A stretch of DNA of 64,000 bases from Candidatus Pacearchaeota archaeon. GTDB lineage: Archaea > Nanobdellota > Nanobdellia > Pacearchaeales > GW2011-AR1. The stretch lies in contig JAOAJC010000001.1 in the NCBI GenBank assembly GCA_026414385.1, positions 2,384 to 66,383 of the forward strand. The letters run 5' to 3'. Under the pieces are notes generated by a model, which saw nothing but the letters and a program-made list of their open reading frames with translations, did no database searches and was not told the origin of the DNA. Both the position numbers and the translations under genes were made by a program. Below are positions 38,669 to 49,042 of the stretch, one piece after another (within the stretch, counting starts at the first letter, position 1; each line of letters opens with the position of its first letter).

Positions 38669-39307
38669 ATGTTAAAGATATTAAAAAGTTTTGCGAAGAG
38701 AATTCTGAAAAGCATTTTTAAAAAAAGAGATGAAATAAAAATTGGATTTTATGGGCCACCAAATGCTGGTAAGACATCTATTGCAAACAAAATATGTAAA
38801 GATTGGACTGGAGAGGAAATAGGGAAAGTTAGTAAAATACCTCATGAGACAAGAAAAGTGCAATTCAAAGAGAAAGTTGAAATTGAACACAAAGGGAAAA
38901 AACTAACATTTAAAATAGCAGATACTCCAGGAATTGCCACAAGAATTGATTATGAAGATTTTTTAAAACATGGGTTAAATAAAGGGATTGCAAAAAAAAG
39001 AGCAAAAGAAGCTACGCAGGGAGTTATAGAATCAATAAAATGGCTTGATGATATGGATGCTGTTATTGCTGTTTTAGACGCAAGTGAGAATCCATATTCG
39101 CAAGTAAATGTTACAATATTAGGAAACATTGCTGCGAGAAACATTCCTGTTCTTGTTGTAGCAAATAAGATTGATTTAAAAAAAGCAGACATTAATCAAA
39201 TAAAAGCAGCTTTTCCAGATTATGAAGTTATTGGAATAAGCGCAAAAGAGGGAACAAATTTTGACGAATTTTATGAATCGTTATTTAAATTAGCAAAGCA
39301 GATTTAA
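38669..39307 (+). CDS. Small GTP-binding protein (P-loop GTPase)
   Basis: G1 GPPNAGKTS, G3 DTPG, G4 ANKID, G5 SAK. Confidence 0.75.
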   Translation: MLKILKSFAKRILKSIFKKRDEIKIGFYGPPNAGKTSIANKICKDWTGEEIGKVSKIPHETRKVQFKEKVEIEHKGKKLTFKIADTPGIATRIDYEDFLKHGLNKGIAKKRAKEATQGVIESIKWLDDMDAVIAVLDASENPYSQVNVTILGNIAARNIPVLVVANKIDLKKADINQIKAAFPDYEVIGISAKEGTNFDEFYESLFKLAKQI

Positions 39308-39313
39308 GATAAA

Positions 39314-39706
39314 ATGGTAAAAGAAAAAAAAATAAAAGGATTGAGTTTGCAACTAATTCCATTTTCAGAGCTAAGCGGGCTTGGAATATCAGAAAGAGTA
39401 AAAAAAGTGTTGTCTTTGGTATTAGATAATAAAATAGCCATAATCCAGGGGAGATTAAGGGCTGAAGAAGAAGCAAGATTAATTGAGGATACAATGGTTT
39501 TAGTGGATAGAGTAAAAAATTTTAAAGGTATAGAGTTGGCTGTGATTGAACCTGACTTAAAAGATGCTGGAATTTTTATGAAAGCTAAGCAGGCAATTGC
39601 AAATTCTCTAACTGGCAATAACAACGCCCTAACAGTCGTCGGTCCAGCTTCAATAATAAAAGAAATAAAAAGAAATCCAAAGAAGATTGAACTGATGCTA
39701 AAATAA
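39314..39706 (+). CDS. Archaeal conserved protein, DUF2073-like
   Basis: 130 aa. It is the conserved downstream partner of this GTPase in archaeal genomes (recalled from memory, not searched). Confidence 0.4.
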   Translation: MVKEKKIKGLSLQLIPFSELSGLGISERVKKVLSLVLDNKIAIIQGRLRAEEEARLIEDTMVLVDRVKNFKGIELAVIEPDLKDAGIFMKAKQAIANSLTGNNNALTVVGPASIIKEIKRNPKKIELMLK

Positions 39707-39727
39707 ATAAAACTTTATTAATCCATA

Positions 39728-40123
39728 TTGCTGATTTTTTGTATGCCATATAGGTGCGTACATTGTTCGGTAGTTTATGAAGATAGTGCAGAAGAACTAA
39801 TGCGTGGTTGCTCTAATTGTAAAAGCAAGTTCTTTTTTTATATAAAACCAGAGAAATTAAAGGAAATTGCAGAAAATGAGAGAGAAGAGAATTTTACAAA
39901 AGAAGAAAAAGAAAAAATGGAAAAAGATATAAGAGAGATTGTTGGGATAACTAATGAAGAAAAGCCAGTATTTTTAGATTTTGAAAGTATAAAAGTAATA
40001 AGACATGGAAAATATCTTATTGACTTACCAAAATTATTTGATTTAAAAAAACCAAGAGTTTATAGTTTAGAAGATGGAAAGTATATTATTGATTTAAACG
40101 TTCTAATGAAACCATCAAAATAA
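39728..40123 (+). CDS. Zn-ribbon-containing protein (DUF2072-like)
   Basis: CVHCSVVYED...CSNCKSKFFF ribbon at the N-terminus followed by an acidic coiled region. Third member of the conserved triad. Confidence 0.4.
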   Translation: MLIFCMPYRCVHCSVVYEDSAEELMRGCSNCKSKFFFYIKPEKLKEIAENEREENFTKEEKEKMEKDIREIVGITNEEKPVFLDFESIKVIRHGKYLIDLPKLFDLKKPRVYSLEDGKYIIDLNVLMKPSK

Positions 40124-40162
40124 AAAGACAAGAGTTAAAAACATATTTTTATTAGGAATTGT

Positions 40163-41428
40163 ATGAGTTTAAAAAAATTTCTTGACAAATTGAATTTTTT
40201 ACCATCAAATGAGGAATTAAAAAAAATACGGGAAGAAACAAAAAAAGTTGTGGAAATATTGAAAAAAAATGCGACTATGCAAAAAATTGATGTTGAGATT
40301 TTTGTAGGCGGAAGTTTAAAAAAGGGAACGATTATGAGAAATGACGAATATGACATTGATATTTTTGCAAGATTTTCAACAAAATATGAGGAAAAGATAA
40401 TTTCAGATTTATTGGAAAAAATTTTAGACGAAATTGGAAAAAAAGAAAAAATACATGGCAGTAGAGATTATTTTAGAATAAAAAAAGAAAATATAGTTTT
40501 TGAGATTATCCCTGTAATAAAAATAAAAAAACCAAATGAAGCGAAGAATGTGATGGATTTAAGCTATTTTCACGTAAATTATGTGAAAAAAAGAGCAAAA
40601 AACAAAAAAATATTAAGAGAGATCGTATTAGCAAAAAAGTTTTGCAAAGCCAATAGAATTTATGGTGCAGAAAGTTATGTGCAAGGATTTTCTGGATATG
40701 CGTTAGAGTGTTTAATAATTTATTATAGGACATTTGAAAAAATGTTAAGAGAAATCGCAAAAGCAAAAGATAAAATAATTATTGATATTGAGAAAAAATA
40801 CAAAAATAAAGATGAGGTAGCGATTCGTATGAATGCTAGCAAGATAAAAAGTCCAATTGTTCTTGTTGATCCAACTTACAAGGAAAGAAATGTAACTGCA
40901 TCTTTAAGTTGGGAGACATTTAATAAATTTAAAAAAATTGCAAAAAAATTCCTAAAGAAGCCGACAAAAAAATTCTTTGAATTTGAGGAGTTAGATGAAA
41001 ATAAGATGAAGAATGAAGCAAAAGAGCAAAAAGCAGAATTCATAAAAATTATATTAAAAACAGATAGACAAGAAGGCGATATTGCTGGAACGAAAATGAA
41101 AAAATTTGCGAATTTTCTTGAAAGAGAGGTTAGTAAATATTTCAAAATAATAAGGAGTGAATTTGACTATAATGGCGGAAAAGAAGGAAGTTTATATTTA
41201 ATCGGTAAAACGAAAAACGAGATTTTAAGAAAGGGTCCGCCATTGAAAATGAAGGAAAATGCGGAGGTTTTCAAAAAGATAAATAAAGAGGTAATAATAA
41301 AAAAAGGCGTTCTTTATGCAAAAATAAAAATTAATTTTTCTTTAGAAGAGTTTATAGAAAAATTTTATAAAGAGAGGGAGAAGCAAGCAAGAGAGATGGG
41401 AATAATAGAGCTAATAATAAAGAGATAG
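40163..41428 (+). CDS. cca: CCA-adding enzyme (archaeal class I tRNA nucleotidyltransferase)
   Basis: GGSLKKGTIMRNDEYDIDIF (GS...D.D nucleotidyltransferase motif) and RIYGAESYVQGFSGYALECLIIYYRTF typical of archaeal CCA enzymes. Confidence 0.8.
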   Translation: MSLKKFLDKLNFLPSNEELKKIREETKKVVEILKKNATMQKIDVEIFVGGSLKKGTIMRNDEYDIDIFARFSTKYEEKIISDLLEKILDEIGKKEKIHGSRDYFRIKKENIVFEIIPVIKIKKPNEAKNVMDLSYFHVNYVKKRAKNKKILREIVLAKKFCKANRIYGAESYVQGFSGYALECLIIYYRTFEKMLREIAKAKDKIIIDIEKKYKNKDEVAIRMNASKIKSPIVLVDPTYKERNVTASLSWETFNKFKKIAKKFLKKPTKKFFEFEELDENKMKNEAKEQKAEFIKIILKTDRQEGDIAGTKMKKFANFLEREVSKYFKIIRSEFDYNGGKEGSLYLIGKTKNEILRKGPPLKMKENAEVFKKINKEVIIKKGVLYAKIKINFSLEEFIEKFYKEREKQAREMGIIELIIKR

Positions 41429-41439
41429 AAGATGAAAAA

Positions 41440-42222
41440 TTAGTCATCTAATTTAATAGACCTTTCAATTATGTTTGAGAGGGAATTTGTAAAAAATTGT
41501 GAATCTAACCAAATCCCAATCTCATCCTCTATTGTTTCAGGAGTTATCATAAAAAGAAGTTCTTTTTTGTCCGCAATAAAAACTCTTGTTGGAGTATCAA
41601 AAACTTTTGCTTTTAGTTTGTATTTATTATTTATTTTTTTTATTTTTTCTGCGTCGCCTGATAAAATCAATTTAATTTTTATGTTTGATTTGTTTAATTT
41701 TTCTATAGACGGCATTAAAACACGAATTTTATCTTCAAAATCATCAATAGAGGTGCAGATAAGAACCTCTTTTGTGGCATTATTGAGTAATTCTCTTATT
41801 CTTGATAGAATGTTTGCTCTTCCTTTAATGGAACCTATTATCTCATGGGCTTTTATTGGAGAAATTCCTGCATTATGCAATTCCTCGAGCTCTTTGTATT
41901 CTTGTGTTGATTTTAAATTTGAGAGAGATTTAACTTTTTCTTGTGCATCTTGTAAGGTATTTGCTTTTATTTTTTCAATTACTTCGGTTGGTTTTACGGC
42001 AATATATTTAACAGGTTTTCCTATTTTAACTATCGCAAAACCTGATTTTTCTAAAGATTCAAGAACGTCATAAGTCCTGGATCTTGGAACGCCAGATAAA
42101 TCTGCAATCTCCCCGGCAGAAGCTATACCTTTTGATAATAGAGCAAGCCATACTTTAGTTTCGTAAATATTTAATCCAAAAAATTCTTTTATTCTCTTTA
42201 CTAATTCAGGTTTTAGTATCAT
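41440..42222 (-). CDS. TrmB-family transcriptional regulator
   Basis: N-terminal wHTH YETKVWLALLSKGIASAGEIADLSGVPRSRTYDVLESLEKSGF plus a TrmB-like C-terminal domain. Confidence 0.75.
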   Translation of the reverse strand: MILKPELVKRIKEFFGLNIYETKVWLALLSKGIASAGEIADLSGVPRSRTYDVLESLEKSGFAIVKIGKPVKYIAVKPTEVIEKIKANTLQDAQEKVKSLSNLKSTQEYKELEELHNAGISPIKAHEIIGSIKGRANILSRIRELLNNATKEVLICTSIDDFEDKIRVLMPSIEKLNKSNIKIKLILSGDAEKIKKINNKYKLKAKVFDTPTRVFIADKKELLFMITPETIEDEIGIWLDSQFFTNSLSNIIERSIKLDD

Positions 42223-42276
42223 ATAGAGACAACAAATAAAGGATATTTAAAGGTTTCTATTGTATTTATTTAATAG

Positions 42277-43170
42277 TTACAACAAAAATAAATATTTAAG
42301 GATGTAGACAAGGCTTAATGCGATAAAACAACCAGCTGATATAAACGGCATAGCAGGGTAAAACTTACCTTTTTTTGAAAAGATGAATAAAATAAACAAT
42401 GAGAGTGTTGCTCCAATTATAGTTATTAATGATGGGACAAAACCAAATGTTCTAAGAATGACGCCTGCAAATATTATTGGAAAAACGACATCGCCTCCGC
42501 CGAGGATTGCAAGATTCAATTTTATTTTCTTTTCTTTTATGTTATTCTTTTTCATTTTAACGATTATTGCTTTTTCCTTTGCACCGATATAAGGAACAAA
42601 GAAGCCGGAAAACATTTTTAATTTTTGGATTTGATATTTTGCCATTCTTTGCATAAAGCCAGAGTGCCAAACTGCATAAATATCATAAATTGAAAGTATT
42701 AGAAAAAGAAGAATAATCGTAAAAACATTTAATAGAGGAACAAATATTGCTGCAATCCCAGGATAGATTAATAATTCCGTGAAATTGTGTATCAGAATAT
42801 TTTGCCTAAATATTTTTAGTATTGCAAGAATTATTGCAATCAATAGTGCGATAATAGAAGAATTTGGCAAACCAAAAAGAACAGAATTTATTGTAATTGC
42901 GATTGCAATTGTAATAACAAACATAAACCATAACTTAAGTAAGAACTCTATATTAAATCGCATAATTATGAGCATTATAAAAACTGCAAAAATAATCGCT
43001 ATAATAATTGAGACAAAACTAATTTCGGGCGAAATATTTTTTGGAGGAGCCATCCCGTATGGGAGCGCATCGTTATTAATAGAATATGAATAAACAACTG
43101 CAATTCCAATTAATTGGGTTATTAAAAACATAAAAAGTAAAATTGCAACGATTTTAATAGAGTGTTTCAT
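42277..43170 (-). CDS. Presenilin/signal-peptide-peptidase-like intramembrane aspartyl protease (A22 family)
   Basis: Polytopic membrane protein with intramembrane YD (LILSIYDIYAVW), GxGD (LAILGGGDVVFPIIFAG) and PAL-like (KFYPAMPF) motifs in the canonical order and spacing. Confidence 0.6.
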   Translation of the reverse strand: MKHSIKIVAILLFMFLITQLIGIAVVYSYSINNDALPYGMAPPKNISPEISFVSIIIAIIFAVFIMLIIMRFNIEFLLKLWFMFVITIAIAITINSVLFGLPNSSIIALLIAIILAILKIFRQNILIHNFTELLIYPGIAAIFVPLLNVFTIILLFLILSIYDIYAVWHSGFMQRMAKYQIQKLKMFSGFFVPYIGAKEKAIIVKMKKNNIKEKKIKLNLAILGGGDVVFPIIFAGVILRTFGFVPSLITIIGATLSLFILFIFSKKGKFYPAMPFISAGCFIALSLVYILKYLFLL

Positions 43171-43211
43171 AAGTATAATTGATTTTTTGCGTTTATAATA
43201 TTTATCCTCGT

Positions 43212-45092
43212 TTATTTTAATCGAATTGTTTCTAAATTTTTAGGAACATTTGTTTCTATTTTATAGGTTTTGTAAATGGAAGATGCTAAATCCAAACATC
43301 TCGAAGCTTCGCCGTGATTGATGATAATTTTCTTTGGCTTTGGAACAATTCTATTAATATATTGTAATAGTTCGTTTCTTCCGGAGTGAGATGATAAACC
43401 AGCTAACTCTTCAACTTGCATTTTAACATTTATTTTTTCGTTAGATATCATTACTTCTTTTGCCCCATCTTGAACTATTTTTCCCAAAGAACCAGCTGCT
43501 TGATAACATCCAAAAACAATTAAATTATTTGGATTATCTGCAAGATTTTTGAAATATTCAACAGATGCTCCGCCAACTAACATTCCAGAAGTTGCTATAA
43601 TAATGCAAGGCCCGCCTTCAAGAACTTGCTTTCTCTCTTGGGGAGAACCAACTCTTTTAAGAATATCTGATAAAAAAGGATTAACATCTTGAAAAATTTG
43701 ATTTCTTACGGAACTGCTTAGAAAATCTGGATAGGCGGTATGAATTGCATTAATATCCCATACCATACCATCAAGATAAACTGGAACATTCGGTAGCTCG
43801 CCAGAAGCAATTGCTTCAACAACACGGAGAGTTGTTTCTTGCGCGTGTCCTAACCCTAATTCTGGTAAGAGAATTTTTCCTTTCCTCTCTATTGTTTTTT
43901 TTGCGAGTTCAATAAATTTTTTTTCAGCTTCCTGTCTTGGTGGAAGAATGTTTTCTTTTCCACCATAGGTTGATTCAATAATTAACGTTTCAACTCTTGG
44001 AAAGTGATTAATCGCAGGATCTAATAACCTTGTTTTTGAATATTTCATGTCTCCGGTATAAACAAGATTATGCAAACCATTACCAATATTGATATGAACT
44101 TCTGAAGAGCCTAGAACATGTCCTGCATTATAAAAAGTTATTCTTATATCGGGAGTTATGTCATGAACTTCATTATATTCAAGACAAATAGAGTGTCTTA
44201 CCATTTCTGTTATGTCCTCTGTTTTGTATAGGGGGGAAGCTGCTTGCTTATATGCCACTCCAATGAAATCAAGAGCGAGAAGAGCTGCAATATCTCTTGT
44301 TGGAGCAGTCATATAAACAGGGCCTTTATAACCTAGTTTGTAAAGATAAGGTATCAGAGCACTATGATCTAAATGTGCATGAGATAAGATTATTGCGTCT
44401 ATAGAGTTTAAATCCCCGATTTCTGGAACATTTAGATATGGAAATTTTTCAGAACCTTCATCTATTGCAGGATTAATACCACAATCAAGAAGGATTTTTG
44501 ATTTCGGTGTTTGAAGAAGAAAACAAGAACGCCCGACTTGCCTACCACCGCCAAGACAAGTAATTCTTACCCAAATATCCATCTTTTCGGAAGTCCATTC
44601 TGAATAAATCTTTTTTCCGATTTCATTTAAAAATTTTCTTCTGTAAGTGTTGTTTGCATATAAAACAGAACGAATTTTTTCAGTTATTTTAGACGGAATT
44701 GCTGAGCTTCTTTGAACAACAGGTGCCCACATTGTTGATTTTTTAATATCATTTAAAACAGAACCTTGTTTTCCGATTACTAGGCCAGGTTTTTTTGCTT
44801 CTATAATCACAACGCTTCTTTGAACATCAAAAATAATATTCGTAATACCTGCCTCTTCCGGAACAAGAGCACGAATTGTTTTTTCAGTGTCGCTCTCGGA
44901 AGCTAAAATTGATTTGTCTGCCCTTAGCTCAACTCTTTTTTTAATCTTATCAACTATCTCTTTTATTTTTGAATCTCCTGTTTTGAAAAATTCTTTGTTT
45001 TCTGTATAAAGAACTATATTTGCTCCTTCGAACATCGCATCAGTTATTAATTTTGGCAATTCTTCTTTTATATTCTTTAAAATGTCCGCCAT
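43212..45092 (-). CDS. fttA: aCPSF1/FttA beta-CASP ribonuclease (N-terminal KH domains plus metallo-beta-lactamase and beta-CASP)
   Basis: 626 aa. KH region, HxHxDH motif ILSHAHLDHSALIPYL, and the conserved C-terminal HGE motif. Confidence 0.85.
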   Translation of the reverse strand: MADILKNIKEELPKLITDAMFEGANIVLYTENKEFFKTGDSKIKEIVDKIKKRVELRADKSILASESDTEKTIRALVPEEAGITNIIFDVQRSVVIIEAKKPGLVIGKQGSVLNDIKKSTMWAPVVQRSSAIPSKITEKIRSVLYANNTYRRKFLNEIGKKIYSEWTSEKMDIWVRITCLGGGRQVGRSCFLLQTPKSKILLDCGINPAIDEGSEKFPYLNVPEIGDLNSIDAIILSHAHLDHSALIPYLYKLGYKGPVYMTAPTRDIAALLALDFIGVAYKQAASPLYKTEDITEMVRHSICLEYNEVHDITPDIRITFYNAGHVLGSSEVHINIGNGLHNLVYTGDMKYSKTRLLDPAINHFPRVETLIIESTYGGKENILPPRQEAEKKFIELAKKTIERKGKILLPELGLGHAQETTLRVVEAIASGELPNVPVYLDGMVWDINAIHTAYPDFLSSSVRNQIFQDVNPFLSDILKRVGSPQERKQVLEGGPCIIIATSGMLVGGASVEYFKNLADNPNNLIVFGCYQAAGSLGKIVQDGAKEVMISNEKINVKMQVEELAGLSSHSGRNELLQYINRIVPKPKKIIINHGEASRCLDLASSIYKTYKIETNVPKNLETIRLK

Positions 45093-45120
45093 TTTGTTTT
45101 TATTTTAGAACTTTTTTAGT

Positions 45121-45774
45121 TTACTTGTATTCTGCTATAATTTCTTCTGAAACAACATGTTTTATCCCTTCTTTTGAAATTGTAAAGATATCTATCCCGT
45201 TACCAGAACCAATATCTCTTTGAGTAGAAGATTTAAGACACTCTTTTGCGAGCTCAACCCCCTCTTTTAGAGTGATGTCTTTTCTATATTGCCTTTCTAA
45301 TAGTCCAAGAATATACGGCATTCCTGAAGAAAAATTTGCATCATAATCTTTTACTTCTATTACGGAGCCAGAAGGTTCTATTGTATAAAGTTCTGTTGTT
45401 CCATCCTCATTAACTCCCCCTATGAGTAATCCCACAACACTGGGTATCATTGCGGGTGTTCTTATGTTCCTAAAAATCATTAAGGCAACTAAGTTTGCTG
45501 CTTCTTTTACAGTTGGGCGAGATTTTGTTTTTAATTCTTTTAATCTTAATTCTGCTGCAATTATTTTATGAGTTAGTTGTGCATCAGAAACAACTCCTGT
45601 CCAAGATGAAAGAATGTAATCGTTTATAGGAATTACTTTTTGTTCTGTTTTACTCATAACTATATTTCCTGCGGTAACTCTTCTATCTCCACCCATTACT
45701 ATGCCGTCTTTACAAACAATTCCAACTAAGGAAGTGTTAGATTTTAAGATATTGTTTTGAATTTCTGCGTTCAT
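45121..45774 (-). CDS. psmB: Proteasome beta subunit (with propeptide)
   Basis: ...NTSLVGIVCKDGIVMGGDRRVTAGN... with a Thr after the propeptide. Start refined to MNAEIQ. Confidence 0.85.
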   Translation of the reverse strand: MNAEIQNNILKSNTSLVGIVCKDGIVMGGDRRVTAGNIVMSKTEQKVIPINDYILSSWTGVVSDAQLTHKIIAAELRLKELKTKSRPTVKEAANLVALMIFRNIRTPAMIPSVVGLLIGGVNEDGTTELYTIEPSGSVIEVKDYDANFSSGMPYILGLLERQYRKDITLKEGVELAKECLKSSTQRDIGSGNGIDIFTISKEGIKHVVSEEIIAEYK

Positions 45775-45833
45775 TTTTATGAGAATAATCAAAAGATATA
45801 AAGACGCGGGGTATTTAAGTTTTATGATTTTTC

Positions 45834-47903
45834 TCAAAAAGACAGAATTCGGCCAACATCGACTTTTGAGATATCATTTTCTTTTTTAAGTCTAATAACA
45901 TTATCAACGAATCCTTCTATTTTTTGTTCGTGACTTACAATGATTAATTGGGTAAGTTTTAATTCTTCAAAAACGTCACGCATTTTTTCTAATTGCGCCT
46001 CTGAGAAACCATCTGTCGGTTCATCAAGTATGACGATGTCTTTTGTTTTAATATTGCTAAGAATGGAATTTATTGTTTGATTAAGTGCTAACCTATATGC
46101 TAACGCAACTGCTGTTCTTTCCCCGCCGGAAAGAAAAGAATATTCCATTTCATTTTCACCCTGGATTATGAGTGGCGTAAAATTCTCGTCTAATTGCACT
46201 TCAAAAGAATCTTGTGGCATAAGCATATGAAACCATTTTCCAAATAATTTTGAGAATTCCAACCTTAGTTTTATCAAAATATTTCTTTCAGTAAAATCAA
46301 TTAAGTTTATAAATTGAGAGGAGAGCCAATCTGTCAATTCTAAAAGTGCGAGAAGCTTCTTCTTTGACTCCTCTTTCTTTTTTATTTCTTCCGCCAGTGA
46401 AGAGATTTGTTTTTTTGTCAATTCAATCTCTTTTTTTAACTCTGCTAGCGAAATTTCCGAAATTTTTTCGATATTAAATGCATTCTTTAATTCGTCTTGT
46501 TTAGATTTTAGAAGATTTATGAATTTTGACAATTTAGAAGCTTCTTGTTTAAGATTTTCTATATGGTTAGATAATAAAATAATATCCTTCTCTAAAGTTT
46601 CTGTTAACTTTTTTATTTCTTCCATTCTTGTAATTGATCTTTGAATAATTATCATTTTTGTTTTTAAATTCTCGAGGTTTAACTTTTCTTCTTCGAGATT
46701 TGATAGAGTGTCTTTTTCTTTTTCCAACAAAAGTTTTATATTGGATTGTTCGTCTCTTAAAGAGTTTAATTTTTTTGTTATTGAAGATATCTCTTGTTCG
46801 GTTTTATTCAGAATATTATGTTTGTGAGTTTCTGAAACATCTTGAAGACAAGTCGGACAAAATTTCAGATTGAGGATCCTCTCTTTTTCAGAAACAAAAG
46901 AAAGCTTATTTGAGTTTAATGAATTAATTGTTGTTGATATCTCAATTAATTTTGAATTTAGTTTTTCAACTTCGCTTTTCTTAGAAAGAATTTCGTTTTT
47001 TATATTTATTAATTTTTGTTCGTCAAAATTTTCTTTTGCTTCTACAACATTTTTATTTAAATTATTAAATTCTTTTTGTAATGACAGAAGATGTTCTCTT
47101 TTTGAACTTATCATAATTTTTGTTTTCTCTATTTCTTTTTCTAACATTTCTTTTTCTTTTATTTTTTTCTCCAATTCAAAAACTTCTGTCTCTATATTTT
47201 TTCTTTTTTCTTTGTTTAGAGAAACCTCTTTTTCTTTATCAATAATTTTTTGTTCCATTGAAATTAGTGATTCGTTTATTGATTTTAGTCTTTCTTTATC
47301 AGAATCAAGAGTTTTTATTTCGCCTTGAAGAAGTTTTGCTTCTTCTTTCATTTTATTCAAAAAAATAGTTAAGTTATCTCGTATTTTTTTATATTTATCT
47401 ATGCCAAAAGTATGCCTCAAAACATTTAACCTTGTTTCCGCATCTTCTGTAATAATTTGCTTCATCTGTTCTTGCGGAGTATAAACTGTAAATCTATAAA
47501 GAATGTTGTTCTTTTTTATAAATTCTGATGGGTAGTGTAAAATAGACAAAACTTTTGATTTTAATTCTGTAACTGACAATTCTTCTTTCTGTCCGTTGAT
47601 AGTAATTGCTGAATAATCATTAATTACGGAATTTCCTTCTCTTTTTAATCTTCTCTCGATTATAATGTCATTATTATCTATATTAAATTCCAATAAAACT
47701 TCTCCGAAATTTGAATTATTTCTTAAAAGAAAAGAACCTTTTTGTCCAGGTTGTAATCCAAAAAGAGCATATTCTAATGCGAACAATATTGAAGATTTTC
47801 CAGAACCTATATCTCCGGAAAGAAGAGTAGAACCTGTTGGAAATTCTATCTCTTGATTTTCGTAACTCCTTATATTAATTAGTTTAATTCTTTTTATTAT
47901 CAT
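45834..47903 (-). CDS. rad50: Rad50 ATPase (short coiled-coil version with CxxC zinc hook)
   Basis: Walker A GDIGSGKSS, zinc hook CPTCLQ, signature LSGGERTAVALAYRLAL, and Walker B VILDEPTDG. 689 aa. Confidence 0.85.
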   Translation of the reverse strand: MIIKRIKLINIRSYENQEIEFPTGSTLLSGDIGSGKSSILFALEYALFGLQPGQKGSFLLRNNSNFGEVLLEFNIDNNDIIIERRLKREGNSVINDYSAITINGQKEELSVTELKSKVLSILHYPSEFIKKNNILYRFTVYTPQEQMKQIITEDAETRLNVLRHTFGIDKYKKIRDNLTIFLNKMKEEAKLLQGEIKTLDSDKERLKSINESLISMEQKIIDKEKEVSLNKEKRKNIETEVFELEKKIKEKEMLEKEIEKTKIMISSKREHLLSLQKEFNNLNKNVVEAKENFDEQKLINIKNEILSKKSEVEKLNSKLIEISTTINSLNSNKLSFVSEKERILNLKFCPTCLQDVSETHKHNILNKTEQEISSITKKLNSLRDEQSNIKLLLEKEKDTLSNLEEEKLNLENLKTKMIIIQRSITRMEEIKKLTETLEKDIILLSNHIENLKQEASKLSKFINLLKSKQDELKNAFNIEKISEISLAELKKEIELTKKQISSLAEEIKKKEESKKKLLALLELTDWLSSQFINLIDFTERNILIKLRLEFSKLFGKWFHMLMPQDSFEVQLDENFTPLIIQGENEMEYSFLSGGERTAVALAYRLALNQTINSILSNIKTKDIVILDEPTDGFSEAQLEKMRDVFEELKLTQLIIVSHEQKIEGFVDNVIRLKKENDISKVDVGRILSF

Positions 47904-49042
47904 AGTCCGATTATTTTTTTGATTTCTGAGATTAATCTTTCTTCAAATATCAAAGATTTTTCATCATCAAGCTTTTCCATTTGTAAAGTTTTTAATAATG
48001 TTGGAATGAGAAAGTTGTATTTATTTGGGTTTTTTTCCTCAAATTTCTTAATTATTGCTAACTCCATATTAGAAGAATCTGTTATATCTATCTTAATTTC
48101 TGGTTCTGGCAAATGCAATTTTGAGGTGGATTTTAGAAAAGAGTATGCTTGTTGTTTTTTTACATAATCCTCTATTTTTTGGAAATCTATATCAGTACTT
48201 TTCCCTTTTTCAAGAACACCATATAGTTTTAGAATTACAATTTTGTTTTTAAGATTCTCTTTCTCTAAATTTTTTATTATCTCTTCTGTTGCGGTTAGTG
48301 CGTTTTTGATTTCAATGTTAAAAGTTATTACATCGTGTAATTTTATCTCTTCTCTCTTAATCTGCCAAAAATTTACAATACAAAAAGAACCTGCGCCGAG
48401 TTCTTCTAATTCTGAGATGTTGTTCGGAAAGATTGGACCAGAATAAACGAATTTTCCTTTTTGATATTTAATATGGAGGTGGGAGAGAGCAACGTAATCT
48501 ACTTTTGGAAGAGCATCTTGATTAACTGCTTCAATTGGCAGAGAAGAAACAGCATCCTTAATCGAAGTATGCAAGAGGAGAATTTTAAATAAAGGAGAAT
48601 CTTGTAATGAAATTCTTGAGAGTTCTTCAACCTCTAAAGAAGATTTTTTTCCAGGGTAACCGTAAATTGCGATGTTTTTATAGATCGTTGGTTCTAAAAC
48701 TATTTTATTATTTTTTTCTTCAAAAACAGCTACATTTTTGCAAAAACCTGCTTTTTCTAAAACATCAAGAAAAGTTTTGCCAGATACAGAATAATCATGA
48801 CTTCCTGCTATAAGAAAAACAGGTATATTTGCTTCTTTTAGTTTTTTAAATTCGTGAAAAGTATCTTTTAAAATATCTATTGGAGGGTATGCAGAATCAA
48901 ATAAGTCGCCAGATATGAGGATAAAATCCACTTTTTCACGAATGCACTTGTCTATTGCGTATTGAAAACTTTTAAGATTTAGTTCTTTTAATTCTGGTTG
49001 TCTCCATGAACCTAAATGACAATCACCCAAATGTGCAAATTT
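47900..49042 (-). CDS. mre11: Mre11 nuclease
   Basis: MKFAHLGDCHLG...ILISGDLFD are the phosphoesterase motifs. Overlaps the rad50 start. Confidence 0.85.
   Translation of the reverse strand, partial: KFAHLGDCHLGSWRQPELKELNLKSFQYAIDKCIREKVDFILISGDLFDSAYPPIDILKDTFHEFKKLKEANIPVFLIAGSHDYSVSGKTFLDVLEKAGFCKNVAVFEEKNNKIVLEPTIYKNIAIYGYPGKKSSLEVEELSRISLQDSPLFKILLLHTSIKDAVSSLPIEAVNQDALPKVDYVALSHLHIKYQKGKFVYSGPIFPNNISELEELGAGSFCIVNFWQIKREEIKLHDVITFNIEIKNALTATEEIIKNLEKENLKNKIVILKLYGVLEKGKSTDIDFQKIEDYVKKQQAYSFLKSTSKLHLPEPEIKIDITDSSNMELAIIKKFEEKNPNKYNFLIPTLLKTLQMEKLDDEKSLIFEERLISEIKKIIGL

Noticed and set aside
46658-47328. Plus-strand ORFs inside rad50
   Set aside because: Antisense to the well-supported Rad50 coiled-coil region. 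Ser/Phe-rich low complexity.
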